Positions 46,861-64,000 of a stretch of DNA of 64,000 nucleotides are shown in pieces. The stretch lies in contig CM022665.1 of assembly GCA_012295275.1 (NCBI GenBank), forward strand, positions 47,740,001 through 47,804,000, read 5' to 3'. The notes under the pieces are model-generated. The model ran no database searches, had not been told where the DNA came from, and saw only the letters and a program-made list of their open reading frames with translations. Position numbers and translations under genes: made by a program. Source of the DNA: Chrysomallon squamiferum (Eukaryota > Animalia > Mollusca). Position 1 is the stretch's first letter, and the number at the start of each line of letters is the position of its first letter.

Positions 46861-47761
46861 ATCACTGACCAAATCAAAACATTCCAAATTAGGTAGGAAG
46901 GTCTGTTTAACTCTCACTCTTAGATCATCCTATGATTAATTAGCATTTATATTCAGTATTTCACATAGTGTTTCTAAATTCTAAATTTTATGTGCAATTG
47001 ATTTTAACAGCTTATGTTAATATTTGGTGATCAAAGGAATTCCGACTGCGTTTAAAGTTTGTTTACTTATAACTCATTAACTGCATAGCTGGGCGAGGTT
47101 TTAATATTATGTTCTTGTTTTGGACAACAGGTGGGAAGCTGCCATTAAATTTATGTAATGGTTCAGTTATATGTTCCATTTTTATCTTGAATATTTACAG
47201 ATTTAAATTAACTAGGTTATAGCATTCAATACTTTATAATGATTATGATTAATTTGAAAAGTCAGTGGGTCCAGTAAAACAAATTAACAGTTAGAAGAGT
47301 TACCAATTCTATTAAAGTATAACATTTGAGGATATTATATAGTAACTGTAATAGTTATATTCCATCTTGCATTATACTTTTAATTATTCTTTAAAATTAC
47401 TGTTTAAAAAATCAATTTCACTATTTTGCAAGCTGATTAATTCAGATTGGTCTGTAATCTAATATACTTTTATTATAAATACCAATCCTGATGCTACACA
47501 TATTTCTTAATCCTTGAGATCTTTGTTGAGATGTGATTATGTTCTTCACAGCTTAATAAAATGAAATATAAATTTGTAATTTATTAATGAAAATTTAAAA
47601 AACAAAAAATTGGATGAAATATTTCTGTTGGTTAAATTTTTCAGATTAAATGCAACTAATAAAAAGAAACAAACTTTACTGTTCATTGTTGTTGAATCAA
47701 AATTTGAAAAAACCTTTTTGTGAAAATTAAAATCTTTCTCTCACACCAGGCATTTGAAGTC

Positions 47762-55318
<7,557 letters not shown>

Positions 55319-55629
55319 TCAAACACACTGTCATAAAAGGATTTTTTTTTGTTTGTTGTCGCTAAGCAACAGGTAGATTTTCAAAAAAAAACACTGATGT
55401 CATAAAGTGATTGATTTACAATATTAGAACAAAGACTTTTTTTTTTTTTTTTTGTACATACTTGCTGGTAGCAGTTTGAGAGTTGGTGATGTAAGACATT
55501 TTAACTGTTTCAGAAGTCAGAGTATTTTTTACATTAAATCATTAAAATAATCATGTTTTTTTTTTTTTTTTTTCATATTCAGTGTCTTTATGCAGTCTGT
55601 TTTGGTACACAATGTCATTTACCTGCATG

Positions 55630-55875
55630 AGGTGAAACTTGTTTTTAGAAATTATTCAGACAACGTCATTAGTTCATGAACTGTCAAGATAGTGTCATTT
55701 GTCATTTAACAGGACAATGTCATTTTGTTTTTGAATTATTAAGACAGTATCATTTGTCGGTTATTAAGATAGTGTCATTTGTTTTTGAATTGTTAAGATA
55801 GTGTCATTTATTTTTCAATTGTTAAGATAGCGTCATTTGGTTTTGAACTATTAAGGTAGTTTGTTTATGAATTAT
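55630..55875. repeat. ~29-bp degenerate tandem repeat in the PAK4 3' region
   Basis: ttaagatagtgtcatttgtttttgaattg copies. Confidence 0.7.
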
Positions 55876-55974
55876 TAGTATATTTTTGTTTACACATTAT
55901 TTTCAATCATCTACCTGTGAAATGGATTTTCATTTTTGCTTTTGCATGTTTAAATAATAACTTGTGTGTGTATC

Positions 55975-56021
<47 letters not shown>

Positions 56022-58858
56022 TTTTATACTGTTGATTAGTAGTAACCGTGGCGACCAGTTATGGCAAATAGTGTACATATTATTTTACCTTTGTGTACTG
56101 GTGATACACACAGTTGATAACAAATAAAACAAGCTGTGTTTTCTTAACATATGCACTCAATATACAGGATCAGTGGAAACAGTTTTTAAAAAAAAAAAAA
56201 AAAAAAAATAAAATCAATGAAGCAAGCTGAAAGTTAAAAGCTAGGTTGTGCCTTCTCATGTACTGGTAGAAAATAAAATTCAAGTCCATCCAGAAACCTT
56301 TCCGCCCATGTCTGTTAACTCTATGCAGCTTTTCTCTATCTCTAAAGTTTTAAACTGTTTTTCTTTTTTATTATTCTCTTTTTTACAAACAATTACTGAT
56401 ATTTTTTCTACTTTTTTACTTTTAATATTTCTTGAATTATTGATTTATTGATTTATTTATTTATCTCATTTATCATGTTTTTACATCAATTACTTAAACA
56501 TAACATATATATATATATAACTATTTTGGAGAAATAGTAATGTAGATATTTTGTTGTTTATTGAAGAAAATATATATATAAAAAAAAGCAATAACTGGTT
56601 TCATCATTAGAATTTCTGCAATAACATTTTTGTTTATAAGCAGAGTAAAATCCTGGAATTAAGAAAACGAATGTATCAAAAGATTAACAGGTATTTTCAG
56701 TGACTGCTGTTTTCATTAATATGTTTCAGATAAACATTTGATACGATCTAGAATTAAAAAAAAAAAAAAACAACCTTTATAACAGGTTGGATTGTATTTT
56801 CTGTGTAATTCTCCCATCCTTCATAGTCAAATCAATTCATTTGTAATAAAATTTACTTCAGTTTTCAAATCTCACATTCACTGTGTAAGATTGAAATTCT
56901 TTCTCTAGTCTTCAGTTTGTTTCTTTTTTGCAAAATTTTAGTATCCGCATATTTTCACATCAACACTTCATGTCTGTACACAGTACTCAAAGAACTAACA
57001 GTTAGGAATCTGAACAGTTTTCTAAACTGACATTTCATAAATAGCTACAGAAAGACATGGAAGATGATGAACTGACATCATCTCTGTCTTTCCAGAATTG
57101 TACAAAATATGTAGTTAGTTTTTGCATCAGTGTATTATTCTGTGTTCTGACTGCAGGGTTCCATGTATATTAGTGTGTCTTGTATCTCATGTTATCTCAT
57201 ATATCTGTTATTACATAGCCTGGATTCATAGCACCATTCCATCAGTGTGTAGATATGTAGTGATTATACAGCATGTTATTTTATCATTGTATAGACATAT
57301 TATACATATTACATTAACATCATTATGTGTGTCATTTCTGTCACATTTTTTTTTTTTTTTTGTTAATGATTTTTTAAAAATAAATAATTATACATGAAGT
57401 ATCAAATAAAAAATGTTTTATATTTAATGTTTTAATATTTTTCTTTTCAAATGAAAGCTTGTTAACGTTTTTGATTTTGTTTTATTTTGTAATTAATTTT
57501 GAAATATTGAAAAAAAGTTTATTAACGTTTCGATTTGTTTATTAGTAATGAATTTTGAAATATTAAAATAAATAATGACATGAAAAGTTTAGTAAACTGT
57601 TGTTAAATTAAGAAAATCAAGTAGATCAGAATTTACCGACTTTTAAAGCAATGTCATATTTGATTTTCTGACTTTCATAAAATTATCCAGATTTTGTTTT
57701 TTCTTTTTCTTTGTTTATATAGATAAATATTATCTTTGTTTTCTTCTTTTGCATTCCTTCACCTGTCACAAATTCCATATGCAAACTCTAAACATATTGT
57801 TATTGTAAAACATTTTTAATCCCTTTTAGCACTAAGTTTACACTGCCGTGTAATATATATACCAATCACCATGACTGTATTAAAACACTGTACATATTGC
57901 CATAATAAGACGTATCCTGCATTTTGATTGGCTGATTCAGCTTATTGGCAGAGACATACATTTTTATTGGTGGCTGGTAAATGTCCCAAAATAATGATGA
58001 CAGATTTGTTTAATAAGTGATAAATATATGTCCAATTTAATAATAAACTGACTGCAGTGACTGCAGTAACAAAAACATTATTATTATTATTATTAGTATT
58101 ATTAGTATTATTACTATATATACAGTGTAAACTAATAAACTAGAATATAATTATAAAATAAACATAATAAATGTTATTTGCAGATGGATACATCAGTGAT
58201 ACAAGTTGTCTAACAGTGCTAGAAGGGTTAATGTTGTCATTACATAGGTCCACACTGCTTTTAGATTTGTTGTAGTTAGTTTAGCAAACAAACAGACCCA
58301 GATTTAGACAGAGAACTTTATTTTTTATACACAAATATATTGTACAAAACAGTCGTACGTTACTTGAAATAATTTTTGTTTTTCTCTCTTCATTTTATTT
58401 TTGTTAGTTAAATACAGAACGATCTGGGTATTTGTTAGTTAGACAGAAATTCAGGTAATCAAAATGTTAAGTTTTGTTGTTATTATTATTTTTCTTTATT
58501 TTCATTCGTTTGTGTACTGTAAAGATGGATTCATTAGAAAACTGTATATCATCAAGCCGTTTTCAGTTGATGCAAAAATTAAGTGTTTGCTAGAAAGTAG
58601 AGTGAAAAAAAAAAATAGTGAAATCATGTTAGAGGTTAAAAAGTTAGAAGAAATAGGAACACTAATGCCAAAAATATTCACTGTTACTGTCGTTTTTGTG
58701 AATGGTTAATATCTGAGTATTTGAAAATAACACAACAGGAAAATATTTTTAACAAAATTTCTTACACTAAACATCCTGAATATCTGGAGACATAAAAAAA
58801 AAAAAAAAAAAAAAAAAAACAACAAGCAGGCCTTTGCTTTGTTTGTTCTTTATTGTTC

Positions 58859-58914
<56 letters not shown>

Positions 58915-60336
58915 TGTTATTGTTACTGCTACTACTACTACTACTACTACTACTACTATTATTGGTTGTGTGAAGACATGAAGTAACAGTTTAAAATGAC
59001 TAGATCTAGACTTGTGATTACTTTGAGCTTATTACAAATGATATTATTTGTTTTATATATATATATATATATATGTATGTATAAAACTGTTAGCTACAAT
59101 ATACTGGTGATTTTTTTTCTTCTTTCGTCTTATTATAGTAGTTGTGTTATCAGATGTAGTGATTTCACCTGTACATAGTCACATAGATATTAAGCACATT
59201 ATGTACATGCTTCTTTTTTTGTTTGTTTAAATCAAATGTATTTAATTTCAGAATAATTACAGTGCTTATATTTGTACCATATGTTTTATATAATGTAGAT
59301 GTATCATATAGGTCCATACTAATGTGTGTATATGTTATAATAAAACACTATATATATTCAATTTTCTACATTTTATCACATAATGAAAATTTAAGTTACA
59401 TCATTGCTAAGGCACTGGATGTATTATTTAAAGGCAAAATAAAATTAGTCATTAAAGAAATAGGCAAATTTACAGGTATGCATTTTTATTGTAGTATTAA
59501 ATACAGTCCTAAAATTTCATTTTATTATCGTTATTATTGTTTACCATCATCATCATCAAGATTTGACAACAAGGCTTAATTAAAGTGAAACTTGTAATAA
59601 TTTGTTTATCAAAAAGATAGTTTAAACATTTCCTTTGTACAGAAAATTGTAAAAAGTTTAATACAAAATTTTATAAAAACTAAATATATCAAAAAAAAAA
59701 AAAAAAAAAAAAAAAAAATGCCAAGGTGTAATCATATTTTTTTTTGTTTCACTGATTTTTCGACTGTCATAGATGAAATAACAATGTGTATTGTTATTTA
59801 CAGGTGTGTTGTTAACTACAGATTTATTGTAATTGTAGGTGTATTGTCATTTACACATGTGTTTGTAATTACAGATGTCAGTTGCAGGTGTATTGTTTGT
59901 AATTATAATCCAAGGTGCATTGGGATTACAGGTAGATCATTAATCACGAGTATTTTTTTTTTTTTTTTTTTTTTAATATGTTTTATTTTTAATTACATCA
60001 GTAATCAAAGCTTTACCATTAATCAGTTTTCAGAAACATGTCTGATGCAAGTGTATTGGTAACATGATGTGATATATACAGATATACTACATGTACAGTA
60101 ACATCACCTGTGTAGTCATGTTTCATAGCTGCCCCTGTCAGCACAGAGAGATCTGAGTGTGAACACAAGATTTCTGAAACACTTGTAAAATTACCAGAAT
60201 TCTGGTAACTTTTTTAAAATTACCAGAATTCTGTATTTTTTGATTTACAAAACTTTGATTTTTGCTTTAACAATTTTCAAAATTTTTATTTTTTTAAGAT
60301 TATTATTGTTGTTATTATTAATATTATTATTATTGC

Positions 60337-60370
<34 letters not shown>

Positions 60371-60887
60371 GTTATTTCATTTTAAAATTTAAAATTAATA
60401 TTTGTTATCTTACTGAATTTAGCCTAAAATAGAAAATATTACAGATAAGAAAGAAAATAACTTTTTCAATTTTATGTATCTAGATTTGGCTATGGAGTTA
60501 GATGTATGATTATAAATTACTATTTTTATGTTTGCTTACTGAATGTGGCAACTAAAGAACTGGAAAAATATTTAATTATTTTGCATAGAACAAAGAAAAA
60601 AAGTTATGCTGCATATTATATATAATTCAAAAACAACAACAAAAAAAACAACTTTTAATTGCCAAGCTTTACACTGGCATATAGTACAAATGAAATGGGG
60701 CAGTTAAAATGTTGAATATTTCATTTAGTAAGTTGAAATGACAGTACACATCGTCGTAAAATAAAAATAAACATTTTTTTTTTTTTTTTTTTTTTAAAAT
60801 AAATTATCATAACTTCGATTTGGCATTTATTAATAACATAACCTTGGCATTTATTAATAACATAACCTTGACATTTACAGATCAAAA

Positions 60888-60924
<37 letters not shown>

Positions 60925-63293
60925 TTTTATTTATTTATTATTTTTTATTTATTTATTTTCTGTGCATCTATAAAGAAATAGGCGGGCCTTGTTGATTGGC
61001 AGCAGTTTTAAAAATTTTTTTTTTTTTTTTTTCCCCTACGTGGTCACAGACGTTTATCACATCTGCTGGCGGAACATGTTGCTGTATCATTAGAAAATGT
61101 TAAAACTCATTATTACAAAAATTGTCTTCCGAACAAACAACGGTGTAAAAAATATTCATTGTCATCGTTGGAGATCGTCATTTGTAAGCTTCACGTCACT
61201 TGGTAGTTTTAAAATGTCAGAGACAGACTTTATTGTCTCAGCCGGGATTCATTTGTTTCTAGATGGTGTCATTATGAAGATGAGCATTAAACAACAGCAA
61301 CAGCAACATTTTTTTTTTCTTTCTTTTATCTGATGTAAAGTTTTTCTTGAAAGAAAAAAAAAATTAAATAATAAAGAAATACGCTCAAGTTAGAAAACAT
61401 TAAAACAGCTGAGAAACTTTTTTTTTTTTTTTTACTCAGTTTTTCCTTTGTATATAAATTTATATTATTTTTTTTATTTTTTTTTTTCAAGAGCTTCTTT
61501 TCTGTACTTCTTAAAATAATTTTAAAGAATTTATAATATGTATGTAAAATGTATGTTGTTATTAAAACAGGCTGTAGCGAATGTAAATGTTTGTTGGCTA
61601 CGTTAAATATGCAGTGTTGACAAGCACGTGTGTTAAATCAGCAGGGATTGAACATTTCTATGTTAAAAGTGTTTATTATTATTATTATTATTTATTTTTT
61701 TTTTTTTTTTAATTAATAAGATTATCAGCTTATTGTAAAAAAAAAAAAAAAAAATTTTTTTTAATTAATCAGTTAATTAGAAAAAGCCTCTTTATGACGA
61801 TGCATTTGCATGAATATTTTGTAAGCAGTTACCTTCCAAATTATAGAGTATTGCGTGTCACAGAGTAGGGTCTGAATACAATATATTCCTGTCTCGTAAA
61901 TTTCTCTGTTACGTCATACGTGTTTCTGTATTGTTTGAAACGTCATATGTGATTCTGCAGTGTTTGAAACGTCACGTGTCGTAACTAGTTGCTAATGACG
62001 TCATAAATGAATACAGTAGTTTGACGTATAGAAATGTATCGCTGCTGTAACCAAATTCGCTAGTTTGTGTGTCATGTTTTAGCTTTGTAACCATTTGATG
62101 TCGTTAATAACAGTAAGTTCAAATATTGTCTTGGTTTAACCTTTATATAATAATTTATATTTTGTGTCGTACTATATCGTAAACAGTAAAATATTTATCA
62201 TGACGCAACTAAATAAATTAAAATAAAATATTAAGAAAGTAAATAAATAAATAATAAATTGAAGTTCGTGAAAAAAAAAAAAACAACAACATAAAACTGA
62301 AAAAATATCATAGAATTTTCGTATTGACAAAAATATTACTTTCGCTGCTAACATTTTGATATGGTTACACCTTAAATGAATTTAATTGTTCAGCTAATCT
62401 AATTAACGTTTCCAGTTTCACAGGTTACGAAACAGAGATAAACACAAAGGTCTAATTAGGTTACGGTTATCGTGGTTACAAAACTGAACTTGACACGAAA
62501 ACGAGATTAGCGTCACAGACACTGACAAATTTTTTAAAATTTTCGGCCAGTTTCGTTCATTTCGCTGTTTATAGGCTACTTGTTTTTCTTTGATTTTTGT
62601 TTTTCTTTAATTAGTTTGTAAGAAAGAAGAAGAACGTAGAAAATAATTTAAAAAATAGATTAATAATGATTATGTTTTAAAAATGACATGTTGAAATTGT
62701 GGTCCATGCTGATCGTAAATTGATGGCGCTGAGCTGGTTGTGTTTTATATTTCTGTGAATCGTTGTAAGTAGTAGCGGTGATTGAATACATTTTTACAGG
62801 CGATTTTGTTTTTCTCTTGAAATATTTAACTATATAAAATAAATATAATATATATATATTATTAATATTAATTTTTTTCTCTCTCCAAAAAATACAATAT
62901 TAACTATATATATTATACATTATCAGAAATAAACATATTTTTATGTTTCATTAACACCTTGTTTGAGTCGTTTTTGCATCCTAGATATATAGACGACACC
63001 CTATCACACAATTTCTTTTTTATCTTTCATGTTATTATTTTCTTCTTGTTCTTCTTCTTTCTTTTTTTTTTCTTTATTTCTTTGTTTATTTCTTTTTTTT
63101 TTTTTTTTTTTTTTGTAAAACTATGACTATATATTAGATACTTGGTCGTTAATATAAATATTTTTGAAATAATAAAGATATTTGTTCTATACACTTTTAT
63201 AACAGTTAACGGCATTCAGTTTTTAAATATCTTTTCATTTTTCTTCTTTTTTTAATACTGTAATAAAATCATTCTATAGTCCATATAGAAGAA

Positions 63294-63357
<64 letters not shown>

Positions 63358-64000
63358 GTAATAAATATAGTTAATTTCTAATATTTGGTTTGTGATTAGG
63401 AAAAGTATTGCAACATACTGGAGTCAAAACATTGTATACTTAATAACTGTCGTTATATCTTTAAACGAATGTTTTAAAATGTAACCTAATCAGTCGAAAT
63501 AAAATAAATTAAATATATTAATTAAAAAATACAAAAAAAAAAAAAAAAAATCAAAACAACAACAACAGAAAAAACAAACAAAAATTACAAGTTTCTCCCT
63601 TTAATACACCAAAAACAATTTATACACAAACTGACAAAACCGGTGCTGAATTAATAAATAAATACAGTTATGTCGAGTGACACTAAATATTTAATAAACA
63701 AACACCTAAGTACTCCGCGGTAAACTTGTTCTTACGTCATGAAGAAACTGTAGAACAGACAGCCCAGGAATTGGTTAATAGTCTATTTGTCCGGTTGCCG
63801 GTACGTTTAAGCGAGACGTCAAAGCGATCGACTTGGCAGGGTAAACGCTTACCTCACTGTACGTAAATTATATACGATCATCGTAAATCCAAACGTAAAC
63901 TGGTCACCCCATTTGTAAAAAAAATAAAAATAAAAAAAAAAGAGAGAAAGAGAGAAAAAAAAGGGGGTGAAAATAAATAAATAAATAAATAAATTGATAA

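Noticed and set aside
55320-64000. Short ORFs and possible exons right of PAK4, including a minus-strand donor-like cagtgag|gtaagc at ~63847-63859
   Set aside because: No consistent exon chain or protein motif was found. The region is likely 3' UTR and intergenic sequence.

Overview
This is an AT-rich, microsatellite-rich eukaryotic window with GT-AG introns. It is most likely from an invertebrate animal, possibly a gastropod mollusc (inference). Five spliced protein-coding genes can be built exon by exon with consistent phases: ADCK1 (+, 1317-7856); a two-TM PPxY-motif membrane protein (+, 12862-15992); a diaminopimelate decarboxylase (lysA/DAPDC, -, 24451-30646); a MacroD-type ADP-ribosylhydrolase with an array of duplicated phase-1 tail exons (-, 33288-45224); and a group II PAK (PAK4/mbt-like, +, 47762-55287). 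A probable start of a sixth, divergent gene lies at the left edge. Three things stand out. (1) An intact, intron-bearing, plant-like DAPDC sits among animal housekeeping genes, although animals lack the DAP lysine pathway; it has a possible two-exon insertion. (2) Tandem duplications are repeatedly anchored on or directly beside exon-intron junctions in four of the five genes, creating decoy or alternative splice sites. (3) The MacroD tail is modular and built by exon duplication. Two frameshifts look like consensus errors. All coordinates were read by eye and no database searches were run.
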